Origin: Eledone cirrhosa
Taxonomy: Eukaryota
Direction of reading: 5' to 3'
NCBI GenBank assembly: GCA_964016885.1
Contig: OZ024766.1
Location: forward strand, 5,332,001 to 5,396,000
DNA: 64,000 nucleotides
Positions within the stretch are counted from its first letter, which is position 1, and the number at the start of each line of letters is the position of its first letter. Shown here in pieces: positions 1-12,118 of this stretch. A program made the translations under genes and the position numbers. A model generated the notes under the pieces. The model was not told where the DNA came from, did not search any database, and worked only from the letters and a program-made list of their open reading frames with translations.

Positions 1-1061
1 TGGGGCCCTATAACCTGCATATTACATCAAAATCAACCAATAACCCCCCACTCCCCCCATCCTTCGCTGGGGCCCTATAACCTGCATATTACATTAAAAT
101 CAACCAATAACCCCCACTCCCACCATCCTTCGCTGGGGCCCTATAAGCTGTATATGACCTCACATCAGTAAACCCCGCTTCTCCGGGCCCTATAACCTGC
201 ATATTACATCAAAATCAACCAATAACCCCCCACTCCCCTCATCCTTCGCTGGGGCCCTATAACCTGCATATTACATCAAAATCAACCAATAGCCCCCCCC
301 CCCCCCCATCCTTCGCTGGGGCCCTATAACCTGCATATTACATCAAAATCAACCAATAACCCCCCACTCCCCTCATCCTTCGCTGGGGCCCTATAACCTG
401 CATATTACATCAAAATCAACCAATAACCCCCCACTCCCCTCATCCTTCGCTGGGGCCCTATAACCTGCATATTACATCAAAATCAACCAATAACCCCCCC
501 CACTCCCCCCATCCTTCGCTGGGGCCCTATAACCTGCATATTACATCAAAATCAACCAATAGCCCCCCACTCCCCCCATCCTTCGCTGGGGCCCTATAAC
601 CTGCATATTACATCAAAATCAACCAATAACCCCCCACTCCCCTCATCCTTCGCTGGGGCCCTATAACCTGCATATTACATCAAAATCAACCAATAACCCC
701 CCACTCCCCTCATCCTTCGCTGGGGCCCTATAACCTGCATATTACATCAAAATCAACCAATAACCCCCCCCCACTCCCCTCATCCTTCGCTGGGGCCCTA
801 TAACCTGCATATTACATCAAAATCAACCAATAACCCCCCACTCCCCTCATCCTTCGCTGGGGCCCTATAACCTGCATATTACATCAAAATCAACCAATAA
901 CCCCCCACTCCCCTCATCCTTCGCTGGAGCCCTATAACCTGCATATTACATCAAAATCAACCAATAACCCCACCACCCTCCTTCGCTGGGGCCCTATAAC
1001 CTGCATATTACATCAAAATCAACCAATAACCCCACCACCCTCCTTCGCTGAGGCCCCTATA
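1..1061. repeat. Minisatellite, ~67-70 bp unit, ~15 copies, running off the window start, directly 3' of the tim8 stop codon
   Basis: Unit tggggccctataacctgcatattacatcaaaatcaaccaataac(c)nactcccctcatccttcgc repeats, varying mainly in poly-C length. Confidence 0.95.
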
Positions 1062-1075
1062 ATATGTATATGACA

Positions 1076-1360
1076 TCACAACAAAAGCTCTTCCCCTTTT
1101 CCCGGCCCATTAACCTGGACAGTCTCCAGTCGGTTGACCACGAAGTTGGTTGTGTCAATGAACCTCTCCACACAGTTAGTGATACAAGTCTCTGTCTTGT
1201 TGTCCAGCTTCTGTCCAGTTCTCTCCACGCAGGTGTCCCAGCATTGTTCGGTCAAACTGTGGACCAGTTGCTGGAATTTCTGTCTCTGGGTTTCAACCTC
1301 CAGGAATCGCTGGACATGAGAGTCCTTGAGGACGTCTGTCGGCGACGAAGCAGACGACAT
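1076..1360 (-). CDS. TIMM8: Mitochondrial intermembrane-space small Tim chaperone Tim8 (Tim10/DDP family), 94 aa, intronless CDS
   Basis: ATG at 1360: MSSASSPTDVLKDSHVQRFLEVETQRQKFQQLVHSLTEQCWDTC...KLDNKTETCITNCVERFIDTTNFVVNRLE. Twin CX3C motifs plus QRFLEVETQ..FQQLVH and NCVERFIDT match TIMM8A/DDP1. The upstream part of the 182-aa track ORF is microsatellite. Confidence 0.93.
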   Translation of the reverse strand: MSSASSPTDVLKDSHVQRFLEVETQRQKFQQLVHSLTEQCWDTCVERTGQKLDNKTETCITNCVERFIDTTNFVVNRLETVQVNGPGKGEELLL

Positions 1361-1364
1361 TGTG

Positions 1365-1387
1365 AGAAGAGAGAGTGGAGATAGAGT

Positions 1388-1418
<31 letters not shown>

Positions 1419-1685
1419 TGAGAGAGATGGAGATAGAGATAGATGGAGAGAGAGTGAGAGAGATGGAGAGAGAGATAGAGATAGAGTGAGAGAGATGGAG
1501 AGAGAGAGAGAAAGAATAAGAGATAGATAGGTAGATCGATGGAGCGAGTTTGTGGTGGTGGTGTGTTTATATATATATATATATATGTATGTGTATATCT
1601 ATATATGTGTGTATATATATACATGTGTGTGTGTGTGTATGTATGTGTATGTATGTATATATATATATGTATCTATGTATGTAGG

Positions 1686-1716
<31 letters not shown>

Positions 1717-1969
1717 ATTTATGTATGCGTATATATATGTGTGTATCTATGTATATGTGTATGTATGTGTATATATATATATATATATATCTATTATGTG
1801 GGTATATATATATGTGTGTGTATCTATATATGTGTGTATGTATGTATGTATATATATATATGTATCTATGTATGTGGGTATATATATATATATGTGTGTG
1901 TATTTATGTATGCGTATATATATGTGTGTATCTATGTATATTATGTGTAGTTATGTATGTGTATATATA

Positions 1970-2038
<69 letters not shown>

Positions 2039-2100
2039 GTGTGTGTGTATATATATATTTATGTATGTGTATGTTTATATATATGTGTGTGTATATATAA
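1365..2100. repeat. (GA)n then (TA/TG)n microsatellite block directly upstream of the tim8 ATG
   Basis: Seen directly in the sequence. Confidence 0.95.
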
Positions 2101-3407
2101 TCACAAAGGGTTAAAGTCCAGGTAAAGTTATTCCAACAAAGTCTTAATATCGATCTGTGTAGTCCCAAGATCAATAAAAAATGTCAAATCGATACATCAC
2201 AGATATAATCCATAAACAGATCAAAAATCGATCTTTGAGTAAACAAATCCGGCGAATGATCTGCCAATATATATATATATATGGTTAAAAGTTAGTGCCC
2301 TACGGCTGAGCTCCTGTCGTTTTGACGGCGTGTGTATATGTATAGGTACTTATACATATGTATATTATATAGTTAGTAGGGTTATGTGTATATATATACT
2401 ATACACTCAAATATATATATATATAATGTTTGTATATAATATATAATGTTAGGTATATATAAGATTACGTACGTATGTTTATAAATATATATATTTTATA
2501 CACCCAAACAATATATATATATACATATATATTATGTGTATATATATTCCAAGGTGATCCCGGTGTGTATATTATGAAAAGGCTGACCTTTTAAAGTAAA
2601 TTCCTCCTTCTCTTGTGTATATATAGATTCCAATGTGTGTATATATATATATATATGATTTTATATCAGTGTATGTATATTATATATATCCGTTCGACTA
2701 TATATATATATATATATATGTAGTATATATAAACACTCCACGAATGTATATATATGTGTCTTTCAATGTATGTATATTATATATATGTTTACGACTATAT
2801 ATATATATACTAATATATATGTATATATATGATATATACACTCTACTTATAATATATATCCTTACAACAACGTATATATAATGTATATACACAGTATACA
2901 GTGTGTAAAAAGTAATTAGACAAGAACATGTGCTCGTTTGTGTTGCGGAAGACTTTTTACAGCGACCTCTGTCGTTTGAAAGTGAAACAACCAGGAATAA
3001 CGTTCGACAACTCTTGCTTTTACTACCCCCTCCCCCGTGTTGCTTTATTCTTTCTTTCTCTCTCTCTCTCTCTTTCTTTTTCTCTCTTTTCTTCTTTCTT
3101 TTTTTCTTTGTCTGTCTCTCCCATATATATATATATATAGTATTTTCCGTAGTGTTGTAATATTTAAATCCTTCTCTCTCTCTCTCTATATATATATATT
3201 TCGTTTCTGAATTTGTTTAGCAAGATTCTTTATCTGAAGTCGTGTGTTGAAACCGATATTGTTATACTTTGGGAGGGTCATGTTGCCAATAAGAAAAACA
3301 CACGCACCAGTTGCTTTCACTTCAATTTATTATATATTTATAAATTTATAAATTTATAAATTTCTGGTTGGTTGGTTGGTTCCACAACCAGATAGTTGTT
3401 TATATAT

Positions 3408-3453
3408 AGTCATTAGTTCTTTCGTCACACACTCTGTGACCTCTTCAGTGACT
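3408..3453 (-). ncRNA. Degenerate minimal hammerhead-ribozyme-like motif in a Penelope-like remnant
   Basis: Minus strand AGTCA-CTGAAGA-G-GTCACA-gagtg-TGTGAC-GAAA-gaacTA-a-TGACT. Stems I and II pair; one extra base follows the putative cleavage triplet. Confidence 0.45.
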
Positions 3454-3531
3454 GGGGATTCCTTTCTTTGTTTCTGTGCCTCTCCTTTGTTCTGTCCTAC
3501 GCCATTTTGTTATATATATATATATATATAA

Positions 3532-3846
3532 TGGAGGCACATGGCTTAGTGGTTAGAACATTGGCCTTGCAATCTCAGACCGGGTGATGTGTTGTTTTCT
3601 TGAGCAAGACACTTTATTTCACATTACTCCAGTTTACTCAGCTGTAGAAATGATATGATAGGGACTGGGGTCCCTATCATTCCACTGTAAAGTGGTCATG
3701 GAGGTGCCACGGCAATAAAGCACCCAGCACTCACTGTAAATGAGGTTGGTGTTAGGAAGGGCATCCAGCTGTAGAAATCAAGCCAAAATCAGTTCCCGTC
3801 CCACCCTTGCAAGCAGGGAAAAAAGCGGACATAAAATGAAATGATA
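3532..3846 (+). mobile_element. SINE family A: tRNA-derived head, CORE-like segment, RTE-type (ATG)n tail
   Basis: A-box tggcttagtggttag, ttgagcaagacactt, ggaagggcatccagctgtagaaa; B-box region deleted in this copy; near-identical copies elsewhere in the window. Confidence 0.8.
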
Positions 3847-3856
3847 TGTATATATA

Positions 3857-4690
3857 TCATCATCATCATCATCATTTTATGTCTGCTTTTCTCAGCTTGC
3901 AAGAGTGGGACAGGTCCTATTCAGCACAGGAGCTCTCCACTTGTCACGGTCCTTCGTCATCTCCTCCATGATCTTCAGCAATCTGTGGTCAGCTCTCACC
4001 ACCTCCACCCATGTTTTTCGTGGTCTTCCCTCCACTGGGATTTCTTGACACTTCTTTACCCAGCAGTCTTCCTCCATGTACATCACATGTCCATACCATC
4101 TCAGTCTCCTCTCCTGCACACTACAGTTTAATCCTCTTATACACAGCTTCATTCTCACCACCTCCACCCATGTTTTTCGTGGTCTACCCTCCACTGGGAT
4201 TTCTTGACACTTCTTTACCCAGCGGTCTTCCTCCATGTACATCACATGTCCATACCATCTCAGTCTCCTCTCCTGCACACTACAGTTTAATCCTCTTATA
4301 CACAGCTTCATTCTCACCACCTCCACCCATGTTTTTCGTGGTCTACCCTCCACTGGGATTTCTTGACACTTCTTTACCCAGCGGTCTTCCTCCATGTACA
4401 TCACATGTCCATACCATCTCAGCCTTCTCTCCTGCACACTACAGTTTAATCCTCTTATACACAGCTTCATTCTCACCACCTCCACCCATGTTTTTCGTGG
4501 TCTACCCTCCACTGGGATTTCTTGACACTTCTTTACCCAGCGGTCATCCTCCATGTACATCACATGTCCATACCGACATAGTCTTCTCTCCCACACACTA
4601 CAGCTGATCCCTCTTATACACAGTTTCTCTCTCAACTCGTCTATGCTTGGTCGTTCACACACATTGACATTGCACATCCAATGGAGCAGA
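3857..4690 (-). mobile_element. RTE-clade LINE 3' fragment with an in-frame 159-bp (53 aa) unit repeated ~4 times
   Basis: ORF 3892-4755 repeats RRLRWYGHV...GRPRKTWVEVV, typical of the region C-terminal to RTE reverse transcriptase; ends in an (ATG)n tail. Confidence 0.85.
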
Positions 4691-4709
4691 TATAAATCTA
4701 CATATATAT

Positions 4710-5310
4710 ACATCATCACCATCACCATTTTACGTCCATTCTTCCACGCTAGCATGGGTTAGACGGGTTGTCCTGTTGTGGGCAATGCCAGGTCGGCTGA
4801 CCTTGTCTTGCTCATACGAGAACTGATTTTGGGTTAATTTCTACAGCTGGATGCCCTTCCCAACACCAACCTCATTTACAGTGAATGCTGGGTGCTTTTT
4901 TACCGTGGCACCTACACAACCAGTTTACAGTGTGGGCTGGGTGCTTTTTGTCGTGACACCTACATGACCACTTTATAGTGTGGACTGGGTGTTTTTTACT
5001 CTGGCGCCTACACGGCCACTTTACAGTGTGGACTGGGTGCTTTTTGTCGTTACACCTACATGACGACTTTACAGTGTGGGTTGGGTGCTTTTTGTCGTGA
5101 CACCTACATGACCACTTTATAGTGTAGGCAGGGTACTTTTTGTCATGACACCTACATAACCACTTTACAGTGTGGACTGGGTGCTTTTTGTCGTGGAACC
5201 TACACTACGACTTTACATTGTGGGCTGGGTGCTTTTTGTCTTGACACCTACACGACCACTTTACAGTGTGGACTGGGTGCTTTTTGTCATGACACCTCCA
5301 TGACGACTTT
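4710..5310 (-). mobile_element. SINE family C 3' part with a ~48-bp internal unit repeated ~9 times
   Basis: Reverse complement of the aacccatgctagcgtggaag...cgtaaaatg tail, plus repeated ccactttacagtgtggactgggtgctttttgtcgtgacacctacatga. Confidence 0.75.
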
Positions 5311-5315
5311 GCATA

Positions 5316-5354
<39 letters not shown>

Positions 5355-5357
<3 letters not shown>

Positions 5358-5685
5358 GTTAGAGCATTGGCTTTGCAATCGAAAAGTTGTGAGTTCAATT
5401 CTCAGACCGGGTGATATGTTGTTTCCTTGAGCAAGACACTTTATTTCACATTGCTCCAGTTTACTCACTTGTAGAAATGAGATGATAGGGACTGGGGTCC
5501 ATATCATTCCACTGCAAAGTGGTCGTGGAGGTGCCACGGCAAAAAAGCACCCAGCACTCACTGTAAATGATGTTGGTGTTAGGAAGGGCATCCAGCTGTA
5601 GAAATCAAGCCAGAATCAGTTCCCGTCCCACCCTTGCAAGCAGGGAAAAGCGGACGTAAAATGATGATGATGATGATGATGATGA
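5355..5685 (+). mobile_element. SINE family A copy
   Basis: gtggttagagcattgg...gagttcaattctc (B-box) ... (gat)n tail. Confidence 0.85.
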
Positions 5686-6226
5686 TAATAAAAGCTCAAA
5701 ATGACATATACTGTGAAAAAAAAAAAATGACAGCCTTTTTAAAAATTTATTCATAGATATTTTATTCGTCCATTAAACAGTTTCAAGACAAGTATAAAAA
5801 TGCTCGTAAAGATACACTTACAAAATACAGAGTGAAAGAGGAGTACATATACATAGGAAAATCTGTGAAGTCTTTATTATTTCTTTTCCCTCTCCCCTGT
5901 CCCTCCTCTCTCTCTCTGTTCTTTTGGAGTGTATTGTAATAAATTTATATATAGTGTCAATTTCCTTTCATCAATAGAATTTTTTTTTGTATTTAACTTT
6001 TAAGGTCATCCCTATGTGTATATACATACTTCTGTAAATATGTATGGGTGTATATATCTCTGTAGACATGAGGATGTATATATATATATCTCTGTAAACA
6101 TATGCGGGTGTATATATTTATGTAAACATATGTGGATGTATATTTTTGAAGTATATGTTTGAGATTGTATTGTTTAAGAGGGGAGTGGGGGGAGGTGAGA
6201 TTTTCTCAAAGCCATATTTGGATATA

Positions 6227-6419
6227 TATGAGGGTAGGCTGAAAAGTTCATAGGTGGCTGACTATGAAGGAGTGATGCTAGAGCTGTGAAATCTTGCATG
6301 CATTAAGTCGAATTCTTTTTATCAATAACTGCATGGGACTATGTTGAAAAGTAAACTTCATTTGGTCATTCCATGAGAGTATCTTGGTCAGCCTATGAAC
6401 TTTCCAGCCGACCCTAGTA
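6227..6419. mobile_element. Mariner-type MITE
   Basis: Imperfect terminal inverted repeats gagggtaggctgaaaagttcatagg and cctatgaactttccagccgaccct in a TA context. Confidence 0.7.
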
Positions 6420-6435
6420 TATATATATATAACTA

Positions 6436-6534
<99 letters not shown>

Positions 6535-7027
6535 AGATGTATGTATATATATATGTGTGTAGATGTATATATATGTGTGTGTGTCTGTGTGGTGTAGATG
6601 TATGTATGTATGTATATATATATATATATGTGTAGATATATATATATATATATATATATGTGTAGATGTATGTATATATATATATATGTGTAGATGTATG
6701 TATGTATATCTATATGTGTAGATGTATGTATGTATATCTATATGTGTAGATGTATGTATGTATATCTATATGTGTAGATGTATGTATGTATATCTATATG
6801 TGTAGATGTATGTATGTATATATATATGTGTAGATGTATGTATATATATATATGTGTAGATGTATGTATATATATATATATATATGTGTAGATGTATGTA
6901 TATATATATATATATATGTGTGTCTGTAGATGTATGTATATATATATATGTGTGTGTAGATGTATGTATATATATATATGTGTAGATGTATGTATATATA
7001 TATATATATATATGTGTGTCTGTAGAT

Positions 7028-7098
<71 letters not shown>

Positions 7099-7106
7099 TT
7101 GATAAT

Positions 7107-7188
7107 ATACAAGTTGTCCCTCAAAAATATATACATACTTCAACAACAGATAACTCAAAATGAATACATTTTTAGGGGACACCCTGTA
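7107..7188. mobile_element. Short Tc1-type MITE remnant
   Basis: tacaagttgtccctcaaaaatatatac ... atacatttttaggggacaccctgta inverted termini; related copy at 44871-44970. Confidence 0.55.
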
Positions 7189-7289
7189 TTTTTTAAGATG
7201 GAAGAAGGAGAGGGGTGCTTTCTTAAAAGACCATATATTTAAATATTTAAGAGGAGGCAGAGGACGCTTTTAAAATACCATATATGGTC

Positions 7290-7321
<32 letters not shown>

Positions 7322-7377
7322 TTGATTGTAAATTTGTTTGGGCGGAATTACTCAAGCTTAAGCGTTTGACTGTTCAG

Positions 7378-7473
7378 TTCTCTCTGGATGGTGTGGCGTG
7401 GATGACGGACATGACTTGATAAAGAGTGGTCTGTCCATGGATGAGATAAAGCACCAAATGTTTCGAGAAAGGG
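7378..7473 (+). other. Candidate 96-nt exon of an unidentified plus-strand transcript
   Basis: tttgactgttcAG acceptor and GTgggt donor; one open frame LSGWCGVDDGHDLIKSGLSMDEIKHQMFRER; no recognised homology. Confidence 0.3.
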
Positions 7474-7589
7474 GTGGGTGGGTGGGTGGTACTGGAAGTG
7501 GAGGGTGGTGGTGGTGGCGGGGGGGGGTGTAAGAGCAGTGTGATGTAGCATGCTGGAAAGAGAGAGAGGGAGAGAGAGAGAGGGGGGGG

Positions 7590-7755
7590 GGGCACTGCTC
7601 TGGTATCGATATATCTAATGTAGCATGTTGGAGAGAGAGAGAGAGAGGGGGAGAGGGGGGAGAGAGAGAGAGAGGGGGAGAGGGGGAGAGAGAGGGAGAG
7701 AGAGAGAGAGAGGGGGGACTGCTCTGGTATCGATATATCTAATGTAGCATGTTGG

Positions 7756-7786
<31 letters not shown>

Positions 7787-7792
7787 GAGAAA

Positions 7793-7823
<31 letters not shown>

Positions 7824-8320
7824 GAGAGGGAGAGAGAGAGGGAGAGAGAGAGAGAGGGGGGACTGCTCTGGTATCGATATATCTAATGTAGCATGTTGGA
7901 GAGAGAGAGAGAGAGGAGAGGGAGAGAGAGAGGGAGAGAGAGAGAGAGAGAGGGAGAGAGAGAGAGAGAGAGGGAGAGAGAAAAGAGAGAGAGAGAGAGA
8001 AAAGAGAGAGAGAGAGAGAAAAGAGAGAGAGAGAGAGAGGAGGACTGCTCTGGTATCGATATATCTAATGTAGCATGTTGGAGAGAGAGAGAGAGAGAGA
8101 GGGGGAGGGAGAAATAGATAGATAGATAGATAGATAGATAGAGAGAGAGATAGAGAGAGAGAGAGGAAGACTGCCCTGGCATCGACATGTCTGGTGTAGC
8201 ATGCTGGAAAGAAGGGGGGGAGAGAGAGTGGGGGGGGGGGGACTGCTCTGCTCTGCTATCGAACATGTATGATATAGCATGTTGGAGAAGAAGGCAGACT
8301 GCTCTGGTATCGACATGCAG
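7590..8320. repeat. Array of a ~40-bp unit separated by variable (GA)n/G tracts, ~7 copies
   Basis: gactgctctggtatcgatatatctaatgtagcatgttgg near 7594, 7718, 7861 and 8044; diverged copies near 8169, 8241 and 8297. Confidence 0.9.
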
Positions 8321-8497
8321 TGCAGTGTGTAGGGAGGTTTGATCGCAGGATGAAGAAGAAGAAGAGGTGCTCTGTGTGTTCCAAGTGGAAGGAAGCCATG
8401 CAGGAGAAAGACTGAAGAAAACTTGAGCAGGGATGGTGAAAGCTGATCACATTAAGAGGATGATTTCGTATTGGTAAGGGCTTGACAACTTCTCTAG

Positions 8498-8712
8498 AGC
8501 TGGGGCTATCATAAAATGCACCCAGTACACTCTGTAAAGTGGTTGACAATATCAATCAGAGTCTGTATACAATGAAAAGAACTCGTCTGTCTGTGTGTAT
8601 ATATATATAGCTGGGGCTATCATAAAATGCACCCAGTACACTCTGTAAAGTGGTTGACAATATCAATCAGAGTCTGTATACAATGAAAAGAACTCGTCTG
8701 TCTGTGTGTATA
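8498..8712. repeat. Tandem duplication of ~111 bp including a SINE-like fragment
   Basis: agctggggctatcataaaatgcacccagtacactctgtaaagtggttg...gaactcgtctgtctgtgtg occurs twice. Confidence 0.85.
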
Positions 8713-8793
8713 TATATATATATTATATATATAAATATACATATACATAGATATATATATATACAAATACATACATCTATATATATATCTATC

Positions 8794-8853
<60 letters not shown>

Positions 8854-9236
8854 AGCGCAGGTATTGCAACAAGAAAAATATAAACTTTGGCAAGAAATCA
8901 GATTAGGAATTTCTTCGCTCTAACATATGTTTCTGTGTTATTTAAAAAAATTGTCTACATGTGCTGACTACAATATATATTATTCAGTCATATGAAATAC
9001 TTAATTATTTATCACACTTCATCAGAAAGCTTATAATTGTGGAAGTGACTATATATATATGCATATGTATATATGTGTGTGTATATATGTGTGTGTGTGT
9101 ATATATATGTGTTGTGTATGTGTGGCAGTACTATACAGGGGAGAAAGCAGTAAAAGCGATGGTCTAGCTCACATCTTGTTTTAATTGGAATTTGCACGAC
9201 AATACGATAAAGGATTTGGGCTGACTTTGCTATAGC

Positions 9237-9290
<54 letters not shown>

Positions 9291-9546
9291 GGTGGTTGTA
9301 GTGGTAGTAGCAGTCTTAGGCTTGTGGTTGTGTTGGTAGTAGTAGAATGGGTGTGGGTGGTCGTGGCGGGTAGGAGGTTTATATGGAAGATAGCCCCCCA
9401 ACCCCACCCACCACCCACCCCCGGGGGAGGGGGCGTGTGGGTTGGACGAGGGGAGAGATTAAACCAGGCACTTCCAAACACCCACCAGGGGCCAAGAATT
9501 GAGCGACCCTTAGACGATTTGGGCACTAAATTTTTGGTTGGATAAG

Positions 9547-9603
<57 letters not shown>

Positions 9604-9643
9604 ACGTACATACATATATGTATACAGATGTACAGTAGCATGC

Positions 9644-9684
<41 letters not shown>

Positions 9685-9840
9685 CATACAGGTACACATA
9701 CATATATGCACGCATCAGTTTAGCGGACGCTTATTATAACGCCGCTTTGTTCGTTTGTAAACAAACTGAACAGCCTGAATTTATGCCATACGGTGTTAAA
9801 GGCAACCACGTCACCTTTTTGTTCAACACTGACACAGGAA

Positions 9841-9881
9841 CGATGTACTAGTTTCAAGCTTGTTAGCTATCATCAGCACCG
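9841..9881 (-). ncRNA. Minimal type-I hammerhead-ribozyme-like motif
   Basis: Minus strand CGGTG-CTGATGA-T-AGC-taacaa-GCT-T-GAAA-CTAG-TA-CATCG: 5-bp stem I (one G.U), palindromic ACTAGT helix III, GUA triplet. Confidence 0.6.
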
Positions 9882-10006
9882 TATACCCATCTGCCAGATA
9901 GTTGAACGCTCGAAAGTATATACTTTCCTTATGAAAATTAACGGCTGAGCAGCCTAATTTGCATATTGAGTGAGTTAAATCGGTCAGGCATACCGAAAAC
10001 GATAAG

Positions 10007-10041
<35 letters not shown>

Positions 10042-10114
10042 TGCTACTGTACGTCTGTATACATATATGTATGTACGTATACATACATACTTACATTTAA
10101 GTAAGTGCCATACT

Positions 10115-10152
10115 AAGAGTGAGAAATGAAATTTCGTTTTCATTTTTTTCAA

Positions 10153-10202
<50 letters not shown>

Positions 10203-11027
10203 CTCAGGGGCCTCTTCTGCAACTTGTAGTAATAGCAAAGTTGCCATTGGCAGTGGAAGAATTAATGAAGAGGAGTGGCAGTATGGAGGTTAGGGATGAA
10301 CAAAAATAGAAGCAGGGGTCTCCAAGGGTGACCCCTGGGATCTGGTGACCCCATAAATATATATGTATATCTTGAGAAATTCATAGTTCCTATGGTCGCC
10401 CTCTGCCTATTGGAGCGACAGTTAGGAGAATGAAGATGGTGGTGGTGGTGGTGGTGGTGGTGGGGTAGAGACAGATAAAGCAGGTAATTGGAGGGGTGGT
10501 GGGGGTGGGGGTGTTCCCCCCCCCCCCCGGGGAGGCTGAGAAGTGTATGAAGAGGATGGAAAAAAACGGCTGCTATTTCTAGCACGTCGAACAACTACGT
10601 AGGTGTCTCCCTCTGCAGCTTGTAGAGTAACAGTAAAGTCACAATCAGTGGGAGTAAAAAAAAAAAAAAAAAAGGAAATTTATAGTTCCTATGGTCGCCC
10701 TCTGCCTATTGGAGCGACAGTTAGGAGAATGAAGATGGTGGTGGTGGTGGTGGTGGTGGTGGGTGGTGGGTAGAGACAGATAAAGCAGGTAATTGGAGAG
10801 GTGGTGGGGGTGGGGGTGTCCCCCCCCCCCCGGGAGAGGCTGAGAAGTGTATGAAGAGGATGGAAAAAAACGGCTGCTATTTCTAGCACGTTCGAACAAC
10901 TACGTAGGTGTCTCCCTCTGCAGCTTGTAGTAACAGTAAAGTCACAATCAGTGGGAGTAAAAAAAAAAAAAAAAAAATGAAGAGATATTCAGAGTGAGAA
11001 ATGAAATTTTGTTTTCATTTTTTTCAA

Positions 11028-11065
<38 letters not shown>

Positions 11066-11188
11066 CTCAGGGGGCCCTCTTCTGCAACTTGTAGTAACAG
11101 TAAAGTCACAATCAGTGGGAGTAAAGAAAAAAAAAAAATGAAGAGATATTCAGAGTGAGAAATGAAATTTTGTTTTCATTTTTTTCAA

Positions 11189-11228
<40 letters not shown>

Positions 11229-11358
11229 CTCAGGGGCCTCTTCTGCAACTTGTAGTAACAGTAAAGTCACAATCAGTGGGAGTAAAAAAAAAAAAAAAAA
11301 TGAAGAGATATTCAGAGTGAGAAATGAAATTTTGTTTTCATTTTTTTCAACTTATATA

Positions 11359-11409
<51 letters not shown>

Positions 11410-11490
11410 CTCAGGGGCCTCTTCTGCAACTTGTAGTAACAGTAAAGTCACAATCAGTGGGAGTAAAAAAAAAAATGAAGAGATATTCAA
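10115..11490. repeat. Compound local duplications: a ~300-bp block twice (about 10375-10670 and 10675-10970) and a ~160-185-bp block ~4 times
   Basis: Repeated gagtgagaaatgaaatttt...(TA)n-catactcaggggcctcttctgcaacttgtagtaacagtaaagtcacaatcagtgggagt and tagttcctatggtcgccctctgcc... Confidence 0.85.
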
Positions 11491-11918
11491 CCCCGCCCCA
11501 CCCCACCCACCCACCCACCCCGCCACTACACACACAGGTGGAAACTGATGAGGATGATGAAGCAGGGCCGAGGAGGGAGGGAGGGAGGGAATTTTCGGCT
11601 GCTATCTTCTTGCACACCAAGCAAAAATATTCTCAGGGACGTCTTCTGCAGCTTCTAGTAATAGCAAAGTTTGTTAGGAAAAGAATGGAGGAGAAGCGAC
11701 TGTGTGGTGTCTCCCCCCCACCACTCCACTCCCTCCCTCCCTCCCTGGGCCGAGAAGTGTACCACCGTGACGACGACGACGACGAGGAGGAGGTGGTGGA
11801 GGTGGTGGTGGTGGAGGAGGAGGCAGACTAGTTGGTGCTGCTGTGGTCTCCCTCTGCACCTCGGAGTAACAGCAAGGGACAACAAAGACAACAACAACAA
11901 CGGCGGCGGCGGTGGAGG

Positions 11919-12118
11919 NNNNNNNNNNNNNNNNNNNNNNNNNNNNNNNNNNNNNNNNNNNNNNNNNNNNNNNNNNNNNNNNNNNNNNNNNNNNNNNNNN
12001 NNNNNNNNNNNNNNNNNNNNNNNNNNNNNNNNNNNNNNNNNNNNNNNNNNNNNNNNNNNNNNNNNNNNNNNNNNNNNNNNNNNNNNNNNNNNNNNNNNNN
12101 NNNNNNNNNNNNNNNNNN
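11919..12118. other. Assembly gap (200 N)
   Basis: Run of n. Confidence 1.

Noticed and set aside
1064-1384. 106-aa plus-strand ORF
   Set aside because: Antisense shadow of the tim8 CDS with no independent support.
1361-1624. N-terminal extension of tim8 in the ORF track
   Set aside because: It is (CT)n/(TA)n sequence; Tim8 similarity and expected size fit the ATG at 1360.
9420-9500. GC-box and CTCF-like motif (ccaccaggggcc)
   Set aside because: A single imperfect short match with no support from sequence alone.
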